Part shown: piece after piece, positions 29,501 to 37,802 of the stretch
Layout: each line of letters starts with the position of its first letter
Position numbering within the stretch: the stretch's first letter is position 1
NCBI GenBank assembly: GCA_018304425.1
Contig: JAGVWE010000004.1
Span: forward strand, 254,121 to 318,120
Origin: Candidatus Iainarchaeum sp.
GTDB taxonomy: Archaea; Iainarchaeota; Iainarchaeia; Iainarchaeales; UBA10219
Direction of reading: 5' to 3'
Length of the DNA stretch: 64,000 nucleotides
Position numbers and translations under genes: made by a program
The notes under the pieces: model-generated
Told to the model about the DNA's origin: nothing
Databases searched by the model: none
What the model saw: only the letters and a program-made list of their open reading frames with translations

Positions 29501-32500
29501 TGGTAAAAATTAATCAATGGGGCATTCAATCGCGCGGCGTCCTCGGCGCCCTGGGCCACGGCCTGCCTCAGCTTGGCCACGTAATCTGCTTCTGCTACCA
29601 CGTCCTTGGCGGCGCCGGTAACGGCTTTCTCGGCTTCTGCGAGTCTGGTGGCCGCACCCCGTCCAATGGCGTCTTTCCTCATCGCTTGGATGCCCATTTC
29701 TTTGGCCAGAATTTCGTCGTCCAATTCAGCCAGCCTCTTCTGAAATTGTGCAATTCCTTTGTCATATTCTTCCAGGGTGCCGGTGCGGGGCCAGTCTATC
29801 TCGCCCCTAAACGCATCGAATTCCTTCTGCAAAGCATTCCGTGCCTCAACCAATTTATTGAGCTCGGCTTCCCGTTGGCTGATTCTAGCCAACAAGTCAT
29901 CCACGCCAGTAACCGCTTTCGCTTCCGCCGCGGCCTTGGCTTCAAGGTCGGCCAAGCGCTTGGCGTAGGCCGCGACCTCCTTGCCTTCCGCGTTCAGGAT
30001 GGCCTCGAATTCGTCGAGTTTGCCCATCGCGGCAAACCGGCCGCGGGCCCGTGCAATGCGGGCCTCGACCTTCTGGATTTGCTCGTCAAGCATGGCCAGG
30101 ATGCGTTGGCTCTCGGCTTTCTCGGCAGCAGACCATTCGACGCTGGCAATGCGTTGCTGGTGCACGGCCTTCCGCTCGTAGAGGTAACGCAACTGCAAGG
30201 CGTCGCCCCGCAACGCAGCGGATTCACGCGCCAAGGTAGTGGCAAGCGTTTCCGTTGCCGCTTTGACCGCTCCAGGTGCCACGCCTTTTATCTTGCCCAG
30301 CAAATCGTCCAAGAACGCTTTCACGCGCGAGTGGAGGCCCTTGGGGGCCAGCACTTCGTCGACGACTTCTTTGTTACCGGTTTTCAGCAACGCAGCTTCG
30401 GCGCTATCGCCTGCATCCAAGTACTTCCTTATAGTGCCAGTTGAGTCCTTGGCGGCCTCTCTTTCCGCGGCTTCCTGCATGGCCTTGCTGATATCAGCAG
30501 GCTTGACCGGCCTTTTCGCGATTTCCCCGAGTTGTGCCAACGCGTTTTGCTGGCCGAGTTCGTCTGCCAGCATGCCCACGCGCCGCTGGCCTTGTGCGAT
30601 GGAAGCCTCGAGGTCCTTGATTTCGGCTTCAAGACTCGTAATCTTGCCCCGGTCTCCGGCGGACAACGGTCCACGAGGTCCTTTTCCCTCGTAAAGCGCC
30701 AACTCGCTTCTAGCCGAGTCCAACCGGGTCTCCAACTGGTTGAGGTTCTTTATCTCGCCTTCCAAGTCATCCAGGAGTTTTTGGGGTGTTTTTGCCGGGG
30801 GCGCGGGCACCTTCACTGTATCGGGTTCCACGGGTGCCGGAATAGGGGTGGGGGTTGGCACTGGTGTGGGTGTGGGGGTCGGAGTAGGAACAGGAGTTGG
30901 GGTGGGCACGGGTGTGGGAGTGGGCACAGGTGTTGGGACTGGAGTAGGAACGGGAGTGGGTACGGGTGTTGGAACCGGAGTAGGAACCGGGGTGGGAACC
31001 GGCGTGGGCAACGGTGGTATGGGTTCCACGGCCCTCCATTTCAGGGGCGCGAGCGTGGTCCAGGGAATCATGATGATGGGGATGAGGGCCTTCTTGTACT
31101 TGCTGAGCTCGGCTTGCTGGAAGTAGCTTGACACGCTCGTGGCGTTTTCGCCGATGTAGTAGGTGACGCCGTCTTGCACAACGGTTTGCCCGACGACTAC
31201 TTGGCCGCTGGCCGGCGGCCAGTTCGCGACCGTGCTTTCCACGGTGAAGCAGTACACGGCCTCATGGTTGCCGATGGCAGCATAGCAGTTGCCGCCCGCG
31301 TCCAGCAATTGCTGGATGGGTTCGGGCAATTTCATGCCCTTGATTTTCGCGAGTTCCTCGTCGATGGGCTGGAAATTGTCCACGTACATTTCGTTGAGCA
31401 AGGGGTTGTTGCCCGCGACGTCTTTTAATTCGCTGAAGCTGATGCGCAGCTTGGAGGCCAAGGCCGCGGTTTCCCCGAACTTTCCGGCGGTCAAGGCGGT
31501 CTCGAGTTTGGTCGCGTCCGCCATCATGGAAGCCGACTTGGCGTCCAAGGCATCGCGTTTGGACATGGCTTCCTTGTATTCCTTGGCGTTGGCCGCCGTG
31601 TCTCCGACGAAGAGTTTTTCGAGGAACCGGTTATACCAGTCAACCGAGTTGAACAACATGGTCATGAAAGCCGTTGGATGCGTGGCGGCGTCGGTGGCCG
31701 GGATGGGGTTGCCGCTGTCGTCCTTGGCCTCGACTTTCGCGAAGGGCAGGGCCTGCACCGGGCTATAGCCATAGAGGCAGCCGAGCTTGGTGCCAATCAT
31801 GCGCGCGAACATGTTTTGGACGCGCCAGTTCTTGATGGGTATGAAGTAGTCCATGCTTCCATAGAATTTCCGCTTGCCTTGCGCGGCGTTGTCAACGACT
31901 TGGTTGAGGACTTCCTCGAACTGGATGTTTTCCACCGAGCCCACGCAGACTTCCTTGGACAGGATGCTGGAATACATGGTGTCAAGGTTGACCGCATCCG
32001 GCCACAGGTCTTCGCGGATGATTCTCGCCACCGGTCCCAGGTACGCCGAGGCGTCCGGGGTAAAGCGTTGTGCGAACGTGTAAATCGTGGCCTGCTGGGC
32101 GTCTACCTTCACGCCTTCCGTGGAAGCATAGAGCCAGGCCTCGTTCATGGTCTTGCCCAAGTCCTTTTGCTTGGTTTCGTCGGCTGTGGGGGCCTCGACT
32201 TTCACGGTGTAGGGCGCCTGCTGGTCTGCCGCCACGCCTGGCGCGACTTCTTGCACGAACCGCACGTAACTGGTCTTGCCCTGGGGCACCACCGTGTCTC
32301 CGAGGAAGGGCTTCAAGTCACAGGCCTCGGGCTTGCCATAGTCGGCCGCGTTCACGAGGACGCCGAAGCTGAAGGGCTTGCCTGGGAACGAGTCCACGTA
32401 GTTCTGGGAGTCCTCGAACACGATGCCGCGGTATTTTTCGAAGGTTTGCCGGAGTTCGGCCAGGGAACCCGTCAAGGCCGGGCACGCGCAGTAACTGTCC

Positions 32501-34026
32501 ATGCAGGGCTGGAACGGCGCGTCAAGGTCGTTCTGGATGTCAGGGTAATTATAGAGCGTGCCCTGGATGGCGTCTCCCTTGTAGAGTTCCTTCAACTGGT
32601 CTCTTTCTTCTTTGGGGGTTGCCTCCGTCAATTCGATGAAATCGTTTTGCACGTCAACGGTGCGGATGGGTTGCACGGTGCTTTCCCGCAGGCGCGTGGG
32701 CGTGGTCACGGGACAGTTGTAACTATTGTGGGGGATGTCGTTCGGTGCCGACTCAATTTTTTGCCGGCTTGCGCGGGCGAACTCGGGTTGGATGAGGCCA
32801 GCCAAGGCGCTCTGGGCGTCCACGTCCACGTTGTCGAATGCGTCGCAGGTGTTGTCCCCGGTAGCCTTCGTGGTGAGGGTCAAGGGCACGCCCAGGTTGT
32901 TGACCACCAGTAGAGGCTTTTGAACGGGGTTCACGGTGTCCTCGGTGAACACCACTTTTTCCGTCACCAGATCGCCTTTGCCGAACACGACCATGGGGTG
33001 CTTGAAGTGGAACAGCCTGGACACCAAAAAGAAGTCTTGTTTCCTGACGTCGGGGTCGCGCTTGGCTTCCAAGGCCAGGTTAATGGGGCCCCCGTACTGG
33101 TTGATGATGGGCTCGTTGTTCGGCCCAAGGAAGGTGAGGCTGCCGCGCATGTCGTTGTCGAGGGCGGCCGCGTCCCGCTTCATTTTCTCGCGGAAGTCAA
33201 TCGTTACCCGCAACAAGTACGGTTGTTCGTCCGGGTAATGGGGGTCGGCGTCCCTGACTTCCACTTTCACGTAGTCTGTGAGGTCGCCCTGAACCGTGTA
33301 GTGCTTGAACCATCCTTTGGAGAGCTTTATTTCCTCGTCCTTGATGTCCTGTTGTGCCTTCGACTGGTCAATGCAAATCAACCGCTCGTGCACGCGCATG
33401 GGGTGCAGTTCCGACATCTCGTCAAAGACAATGGGTGCCTTCATTTCCTCGGGCGGGGGGCATAGAACCGTCTTGGGTGGCTTCACGGTTTCAGCCGGCG
33501 GGCCGCCTGGCGGAGTTCCCGGTTCGGTCCCAGGCAGGGGGGGCGTGCCGTCCTTGCGTTCTTCTTCCAGAGGCGTGCATTCTTCGTCGGTGGCTTTTTT
33601 GTGTTCTTTAGGAGTCACGCGTTCTTCTGGAGGGCATTCCTTGCGTGGCTTGCCGTCCTTGTCGGGCTGGCAAGGGCACACCGGGGGTTTCTTGGCTCCT
33701 GCTCCGGGGGCCTTCTCCTCTTGAGTGTCCTCGGTGGCTTCCGCAGCGGTTTTCTCGACTGCCTTTTTTACCGCGACTGCCGCGTCCGCGGGCGCGCCCC
33801 CCACGATAATCGTTGCGCTGCCGCCTGAACTGGCAATCGCTTTCTGTCCCGCGTCTTCGCCGGCCTTTTTTTCGGCGGCCTTTTCCGCGTCCTTCGTGGT
33901 GCAGGCCTTGCTCCAAATCTGTTTGCTGGGTTGGCCGTTGGTGGGCGAGCAAAGCAGTTGGCCGGCCAGGAAGCCGATGGCCAGGATGCCGATGATGCCC
34001 AACATCAGGCCGTACTTGCGTTTCAT
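26533..34026 (-). CDS. Giant exported protein (~2497 aa) with Pro-Thr linker, long coiled-coil region and internal hydrophobic helices
   Basis: Probable ATG at 34026 (ATGA overlap with the upstream stop); MKRKYGLMLGIIGILAIGFLAG signal/anchor; (PVPT)n; heptad-rich Ala/Glu/Lys region; KAVPFVGWALAAG. Confidence 0.88.
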   Translation of the reverse strand: MKRKYGLMLGIIGILAIGFLAGQLLCSPTNGQPSKQIWSKACTTKDAEKAAEKKAGEDAGQKAIASSGGSATIIVGGAPADAAVAVKKAVEKTAAEATEDTQEEKAPGAGAKKPPVCPCQPDKDGKPRKECPPEERVTPKEHKKATDEECTPLEEERKDGTPPLPGTEPGTPPGGPPAETVKPPKTVLCPPPEEMKAPIVFDEMSELHPMRVHERLICIDQSKAQQDIKDEEIKLSKGWFKHYTVQGDLTDYVKVEVRDADPHYPDEQPYLLRVTIDFREKMKRDAAALDNDMRGSLTFLGPNNEPIINQYGGPINLALEAKRDPDVRKQDFFLVSRLFHFKHPMVVFGKGDLVTEKVVFTEDTVNPVQKPLLVVNNLGVPLTLTTKATGDNTCDAFDNVDVDAQSALAGLIQPEFARASRQKIESAPNDIPHNSYNCPVTTPTRLRESTVQPIRTVDVQNDFIELTEATPKEERDQLKELYKGDAIQGTLYNYPDIQNDLDAPFQPCMDSYCACPALTGSLAELRQTFEKYRGIVFEDSQNYVDSFPGKPFSFGVLVNAADYGKPEACDLKPFLGDTVVPQGKTSYVRFVQEVAPGVAADQQAPYTVKVEAPTADETKQKDLGKTMNEAWLYASTEGVKVDAQQATIYTFAQRFTPDASAYLGPVARIIREDLWPDAVNLDTMYSSILSKEVCVGSVENIQFEEVLNQVVDNAAQGKRKFYGSMDYFIPIKNWRVQNMFARMIGTKLGCLYGYSPVQALPFAKVEAKDDSGNPIPATDAATHPTAFMTMLFNSVDWYNRFLEKLFVGDTAANAKEYKEAMSKRDALDAKSASMMADATKLETALTAGKFGETAALASKLRISFSELKDVAGNNPLLNEMYVDNFQPIDEELAKIKGMKLPEPIQQLLDAGGNCYAAIGNHEAVYCFTVESTVANWPPASGQVVVGQTVVQDGVTYYIGENATSVSSYFQQAELSKYKKALIPIIMIPWTTLAPLKWRAVEPIPPLPTPVPTPVPTPVPTPVPTPVPTPVPTPVPTPTPVPTPTPVPTPTPTPTPVPTPTPIPAPVEPDTVKVPAPPAKTPQKLLDDLEGEIKNLNQLETRLDSARSELALYEGKGPRGPLSAGDRGKITSLEAEIKDLEASIAQGQRRVGMLADELGQQNALAQLGEIAKRPVKPADISKAMQEAAEREAAKDSTGTIRKYLDAGDSAEAALLKTGNKEVVDEVLAPKGLHSRVKAFLDDLLGKIKGVAPGAVKAATETLATTLARESAALRGDALQLRYLYERKAVHQQRIASVEWSAAEKAESQRILAMLDEQIQKVEARIARARGRFAAMGKLDEFEAILNAEGKEVAAYAKRLADLEAKAAAEAKAVTGVDDLLARISQREAELNKLVEARNALQKEFDAFRGEIDWPRTGTLEEYDKGIAQFQKRLAELDDEILAKEMGIQAMRKDAIGRGAATRLAEAEKAVTGAAKDVVAEADYVAKLRQAVAQGAEDAARLNAPLINFYQQTLRRLKALETRELTQQPIISQPERPVVDGRKAALQKGIERMEADIKQVYGAERGTQIIKSMREVADAEATLARLQAAAVDKPLTSTQDGQIRPLDREKITEPPKAAAGSAEAVEVATRLEAAKTQLAALKKQAEAQAKKIADLTDELNSLRASGGAKVPELEQKLIPEARRAQQALARQIDDLEKEIAALTAKAAATPAATMPGAGAEPSGVTEARKWLAEDQKEIAKLDGDLKAAQARLNDPKASAEQLANARRNVARIEDDLKAARARAVENQGIIDWWTGTSKPVVAEPIGPPLARLAEPGGAKEGGAAVGGGAPATGGTTVAPGTGAAPGAAAAAKTTGDAVRFWSWARLRGSMARLLSNFKGWAGALRATQLIAHAHPATWVAVGIGHMLRATGKGIAWSADKIGVAEPIQAAGKAVAAKFAPAAKWFKTAQDWKTVNTAWKAFRAAKGAKAGAVAAVRVAGKFGAFATTKTGSVLVKAVPFVGWALAAGEVIQQGIAWWQFSSEANDLIAGLKGGRGNQVEVAASYGVNAGNAYLIIHPGLRPLEKEPSMPLNDEDATVFSGNTVLFQAGAKEAEKLGRTLYYTFSGRPYAADPGYLDALSLKRQATALDGKTIDHSLKLRPPAQGQKNASPTRFEGLYDLCNGKAYAEDCYKPFYYALNKKSVKLEAGNGGDSYGLDEARKMIACSEAFDEGKDKDPAYAYCADFYKENADYFIDKERNDPITCMGNGTCTTLAIYDLEVDGDDPEKSMTYHLELDKQVNPGSDDEWIGSNFGLPSYGEYKNAVEAYVMGRDSDTKRISDAMVKLKDEYKLLRLLDEGFDREYDKVDGGEQGNNQSFYTLLAEFKKLDPDVGTVIDDVLKNHGIVFSPTYGIYNGTNAMEMSITLKDPSAWFNQNLTDMPGDWSVPATKVVLTKVYHVPAAPDPKGYPYLSLVKLPEDQDYWFAWKCGYQNQHEAWYKKLGNGVMCAGGHLENNAGVYTN
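30844..31010 (-). repeat. Coding tandem repeat for a (PT/PV)n linker
   Basis: Translates as PTPVPTPVPTPVPTPVPTPVPTPVPTPTPVPTPTPVPTPTPTPTPVPTPTP with varied synonymous codons. Confidence 0.9.
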
Positions 34027-34601
34027 GCGGTCAACGCCCCTGACACGCGGGTGGCCAGTTTTTCTTCGGTGGCCCGCATTTCTTCGACTGGCAGCCACAC
34101 CAGTTCAAAGCCCTTCAACTCGGTGAAGAGCGCGGTGCGCTGTTCTTCGGAAAGCGATTCGTAAAAGGGAGTGGGCAAGGCGAGGGTAACCGTTGAGAGG
34201 TTGCGGTGGGTGTTGGGCAAGCGCATGGACAGGGAGACCTGTCGGCCTTCCTTGGGTTTCACGACCACGAGGCTGTATTCTTCGAGTTTCTCGACTTCGC
34301 CGGTGGCAGAGACCTCTGCCGTGGCAAGGGAGTCGGCCAAGGCGTTCGGGACCACCGTCAACAGCACCAGGTCCGCGTTTTCCGGGGCCAAAATCCGTTC
34401 CTCGTGTCCTTTCGCGGAAATCGAGACGTCCTTGTTGACTTGCAGGCCCGCATAGTCGATGGCATAGGAAGCGTTCAAGTTGAGGGGTTGCACGTACTGG
34501 CTCTGCGACCACAGGAAGGCGAGCACGCCTCCCCCGATGACGACCGCAACCACCAGCAATGCCAGGTCCCGCTTGGATATTTCCCCCTCTAAATTAGGCA
34601 T
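34023..34601 (-). CDS. Membrane-anchored hypothetical protein, 192 aa; first gene of the giant-gene block
   Basis: N-terminal TM LALLVVAVVIGGGVLAFLW; overlaps the start of the next gene; TATA-like sequence upstream. Confidence 0.8.
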   Translation of the reverse strand: MPNLEGEISKRDLALLVVAVVIGGGVLAFLWSQSQYVQPLNLNASYAIDYAGLQVNKDVSISAKGHEERILAPENADLVLLTVVPNALADSLATAEVSATGEVEKLEEYSLVVVKPKEGRQVSLSMRLPNTHRNLSTVTLALPTPFYESLSEEQRTALFTELKGFELVWLPVEEMRATEEKLATRVSGALTA

Positions 34602-34672
34602 ATCTATTCTATACCAGCAGGAGCTATATTAACCTTTTCATGGGCCGGCGTTATTTAAACTGGTTTGTCGCC

Positions 34673-34701
34673 CGCCTGAACCACCACGCGTAGTAGCCCG
34701 C
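34673..34701. repeat. 29-bp direct repeat, copy 1 (duplicate of the archaeosortase 3' end)
   Basis: CGCCTGAACCACCACGCGTAGTAGCCCGC is identical to 36005-36033. Confidence 0.9.
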
Positions 34702-34747
34702 CACGTCTCCAAAGACTATATAAAACTGCCGACCCATATTTTTCCAT

Positions 34748-34972
34748 ATGCTTAGAAAATTCAATGTCGTGGTTGAGCAAGGAGAAGACGGTTACCTTAT
34801 TTCAGAGGTCGTGGAGCTTCCGGGCTGTCATACCCAGGCCAAGACTTATGATGCGTTAATCAAGAGAACCAAGGAAGCCATTTCCCTGTACTTGAACGCC
34901 GGAAAAGATCTGTCCCTTCCTGTGCCCATCGGATCCATTTTTGCGGGGCCCAACGTTAGTGATTTGGGTTAA
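34748..34972 (+). CDS. hicB: HicB-family antitoxin (short form; no hicA seen nearby)
   Basis: FNVVVEQGEDGYLISEVVELPGCHTQAKTYDALIKRTKEAISLYL is a typical HicB core; TATA box at ~34717. Confidence 0.85.
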   Translation: MLRKFNVVVEQGEDGYLISEVVELPGCHTQAKTYDALIKRTKEAISLYLNAGKDLSLPVPIGSIFAGPNVSDLG

Positions 34973-35630
34973 TCGATTTGATTGCCTGTTGGATGGCCGT
35001 CGTCAGTTTTTCGAGGTTCTCATTGATTTTGTCCAGTGAACCCGAAACCGTGCCGTACTTGACGTCCAACGAGGAAAAGTTTCCAACGGTTTGGTCCTTG
35101 AACCTGGTCATGGTCTGGTTTACATCGTCCAATTTCTGGTTTGCCTGGTTCTTGAACTCGGTGAGCGTGTGATCAACGCCGTGCATGGTTTTTTCCAGTT
35201 TTTCAAAGCTTGTTTTTGATTCGCCTTTGAATTCGTGCAGTGTGTTATTCATCCCGTGGAGGATGAGCCCACCTATTTCCGTTTTTTCGAGTATTTCTCT
35301 TTGAATGTCTGCCTTGCCGTAGTCGATCCAGAAGCCTTTGAAGGCGTTTTTGCCTGGCTTGAATTCTTTTGTTTTTTCTGAAAATTCCTGGATTCGTTCA
35401 ACGTGCAATGAGAAAGGGTCTTCTGGGTTTCCTTTTAAGTCTATTTTTTTCTTGAATTCTTCGAGGGCTTTCTTGTTTGGAGCCTCACAGTAGATTTCAA
35501 CGCCGCCATCGTCGAGGTTTCTGGCGTGCCCCCTAATGCCAAGGTTTCTGGCCACTTGTTTTACGTAGGCCCTATAGCCAACTCCCTGGACGTTGCCCCT
35601 CATCACCAGTCTGACTATAATACCCTCCAT
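34956..35630 (-). CDS. Acylphosphatase domain fused to a C-terminal coiled coil, copy 1
   Basis: GNVQGVGYR and RNLDDGGVE acylphosphatase motifs; heptad tail. Confidence 0.85.
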   Translation of the reverse strand: MEGIIVRLVMRGNVQGVGYRAYVKQVARNLGIRGHARNLDDGGVEIYCEAPNKKALEEFKKKIDLKGNPEDPFSLHVERIQEFSEKTKEFKPGKNAFKGFWIDYGKADIQREILEKTEIGGLILHGMNNTLHEFKGESKTSFEKLEKTMHGVDHTLTEFKNQANQKLDDVNQTMTRFKDQTVGNFSSLDVKYGTVSGSLDKINENLEKLTTAIQQAIKSINPNH

Positions 35631-35718
35631 GCCAACCCCTTAATGTCAAAACCCCTTTAAAAGCATTGCCTTCAGCCAAACCGACAAAAGCCACTGCCTT
35701 TAGCCTTATTAATGATTT

Positions 35719-35971
35719 TTGGCACTATATGAATATTTGAACAACCAGCGGCTCGCCATTGAAGACAACCCGAAAAACGCTACCGTGCTTTTAGGTATAC
35801 GCGGGCATTATTGTTCCGACAACGAAATCAGGGAGTGGATACAACACGGCAAAAGCAGGGAACTCAAAAGACAGTAGTTTGCGGTGCAAAATTGTTTGCG
35901 AAGAACTGGAAGAATTCGGCAGACTGGTCAAAGGGCACGAAAAACTCTTGGAAGCAATAGGAAAATTGTGA
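35719..35971 (+). pseudogene. Two short ORF remnants, possibly fragments of a Fic/Doc-type TA pair
   Basis: 35719-35877 LALYEYLNNQRLAIEDNPKNATVLLGIRGHYCSDNEIREWIQHGKSRELKRQ* and 35879-35971 LRCKIVCEELEEFGRLVKGHEKLLEAIGKL*. The family resemblance is from memory only. Confidence 0.3.
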
Positions 35972-35979
35972 AAAGCCAG

Positions 35980-36504
35980 TCAACCCGTCCGTTGCCGTGT
36001 GCTTCGCCTGAACCACCACGCGTAGTAGCCCGCGATGGAGAGGAACAGGAAGGCGCGGAAGAAGAGGTCATGCGTCAACTCTCCGAGGACGAGGCCCTGC
36101 GCCTTAATCATCAGGATAGTCCCATCAATCCTTATTATATTAAATATAAATGAAATAAGGATGCCCAGGCCAGCGCCCTTGACCCGCTCCCGCCACGGGA
36201 TGCCAAAGCTGGCGAGGACGGCGGACACCAGCACAATCGTTTCCAGGAGGCCCGTGCACAAGTAGCTTATCGCCACGGGCAAGGCCAGGCCCTCGACCTG
36301 GAGGAGGACCGGTTCACCGGCCAAGAGCACGCCGTTCACTCCGAAAAAATTCAGGCCCGCCAATGCCGCCCCTGCCACCAGGCCTTCGATGGCTTCCAAG
36401 GGCACGAGCCGCGCCAAAAAGTTCAAGGCAAAGAAGGCCGCGACGAACCCGGCCAAGAACTTGCCGGCCTTCCGGAGTTCGGCCTTCGAGAAACGGAACT
36501 GCAT
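35980..36504 (-). CDS. Exosortase/archaeosortase family membrane protease
   Basis: Multi-TM protein with the Cys-Arg-His triad pattern ISYLCTG...NIIRI...THDLF; probable ATG at 36504. Confidence 0.85.
   Translation of the reverse strand: MQFRFSKAELRKAGKFLAGFVAAFFALNFLARLVPLEAIEGLVAGAALAGLNFFGVNGVLLAGEPVLLQVEGLALPVAISYLCTGLLETIVLVSAVLASFGIPWRERVKGAGLGILISFIFNIIRIDGTILMIKAQGLVLGELTHDLFFRAFLFLSIAGYYAWWFRRSTRQRTG
36005..36033. repeat. 29-bp direct repeat, copy 2 (inside the archaeosortase 3' end)
   Basis: Identical to 34673-34701. Confidence 0.9.
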
Positions 36505-36562
36505 ACCCCTTTCCTGCACCAAACAATTAAATACTTCGTCGCCGTTAGTGTTTCGGGTAAGC

Positions 36563-37441
36563 ATGGGCAAAATCTGGTCGGCCTACGAGGCCATCATCGA
36601 CAACTGCTTCAACGTCGAGTTAATCATTGGCGTGCTCGTGTTGTCGGTGGTGCAGCTCATCGCCTTCGGCGTCCTGTTCTTCCTCGGCCTGTTGTTGCTG
36701 GGGGTTTCCGCGTTCCTGGGCCCGCTGGCCCTGTTGCTGGCCGTCGTGGTCGCAGGCCTGGGCCTGGTCCTGTCCATGGCATTCTTCGGCGGCCTCTACT
36801 TCAACCTCGGCTACGCCAAACTCGAGCAAAACAAGGTGGACTTCGGTTCCGCATTCCAGAACACCCTGGCCCACCTCTTCCAGGCCTTCAAGCTGTGGCT
36901 GGCGTGGTGGGTGCTGCTGAGCCTCGTCGTAGGGGTTTTCGCACTCGTCGTCGGCCTGTCCTTCCTTCCAAGCCTGGCCTCCCTGGGCCAGCAAATCCAG
37001 GGAGGGGCCGCGCCCTCCGAGGAAGCCGTGTTGGGTTCCTTGGGCGGCGGCCTGGCCGTGTTCTTCTTGTTGTTCTTCGCCTTCCTCGTGTTGCTCATCG
37101 TGATAGCCCCCTTCACCACGGTCTTGTTCTCGTTGCCGTTCGTGGAAGGAACCGGGGTCAGGGCATCCCTTGCCCGCGCCCTCGAGTTGGGCAAGAAAAA
37201 CTATTGGCCGAACTTCAAGCTCATGGTGTTGCACATGCTGGTCAGCTCGGCCACCTTTTCCGCTTTTTACCTGGTGGCCTTGCTGCTCATGATTCCAGTC
37301 CTGGCCCTGGGCGGCGTGGCCGCGATGGGGTTCGGCTTCATGCTGGTCTACTATCTCTCCATGCTCTTGGCCAGCGTGTTCCTCGCCGTCCTGAGCGCCT
37401 TGTACCAGGCCCGCGTCTACTTGTACGACGTGCACGGCTGA
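36563..37441 (+). CDS. Polytopic membrane protein, ~292 aa
   Basis: ATG at 36563 (MGKIWSAY); about 6 hydrophobic segments; GVRASLARALELGKKNYW motif. Confidence 0.8.
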   Translation: MGKIWSAYEAIIDNCFNVELIIGVLVLSVVQLIAFGVLFFLGLLLLGVSAFLGPLALLLAVVVAGLGLVLSMAFFGGLYFNLGYAKLEQNKVDFGSAFQNTLAHLFQAFKLWLAWWVLLSLVVGVFALVVGLSFLPSLASLGQQIQGGAAPSEEAVLGSLGGGLAVFFLLFFAFLVLLIVIAPFTTVLFSLPFVEGTGVRASLARALELGKKNYWPNFKLMVLHMLVSSATFSAFYLVALLLMIPVLALGGVAAMGFGFMLVYYLSMLLASVFLAVLSALYQARVYLYDVHG

Positions 37442-37480
37442 ATCTCCCGTGCACGGCTGAATTTTCCGTGCACGGCTGAA
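37429..37480. repeat. Three copies of CGTGCACGGCTGAA at a 19-bp period
   Basis: Copies start at 37429, 37448 and 37467; the first contains the stop codon of the membrane-protein gene. Confidence 0.9.
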
Positions 37481-37529
37481 AGCCCCAAACCCGAAAGCCT
37501 TAAATATAGCTTTCTATATGTACCTATAG

Positions 37530-37802
37530 GTGATTATATTGGCTGCTACCACGACCATCATGGTTCCCGTGAAACTCAAGAAGGAACTCGACGCCCTCAA
37601 AGCGCATCACCGCGAGAGCTATGCGGAAGTCATTTCGAAGCTCGTCCACCCAACGAAGGAAGGCACCCGGTCGCTCTCCAGGAAGGCCCGGGACGCGCTC
37701 ATGGTGGAAGGCTACAAGAAGATGGCCAAGTTGAGCCTCGAGTTGGCGGAGGAAGGCGCTGCGGCGGATGCCGAAGTGGACAGGTTATTGGATGATTATT
37801 AA
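37530..37802 (+). CDS. Putative antitoxin (RHH-like N-terminus)
   Basis: TTIMVPVKLKKELDALKAHHRESYAEVISKL; overlaps the downstream MazF gene; TTTAAATA upstream at ~37499. Confidence 0.75.
   Translation: MIILAATTTIMVPVKLKKELDALKAHHRESYAEVISKLVHPTKEGTRSLSRKARDALMVEGYKKMAKLSLELAEEGAAADAEVDRLLDDY

Noticed and set aside
28000-30800. Phage tape-measure or SMC protein
   Set aside because: The coiled coil is internal to a signal-bearing protein; no Walker motifs and no phage structural genes nearby.
37429-37480. Possible mini-CRISPR array
   Set aside because: 14-bp repeats with 5-bp spacers are far too short, and no cas genes are present.
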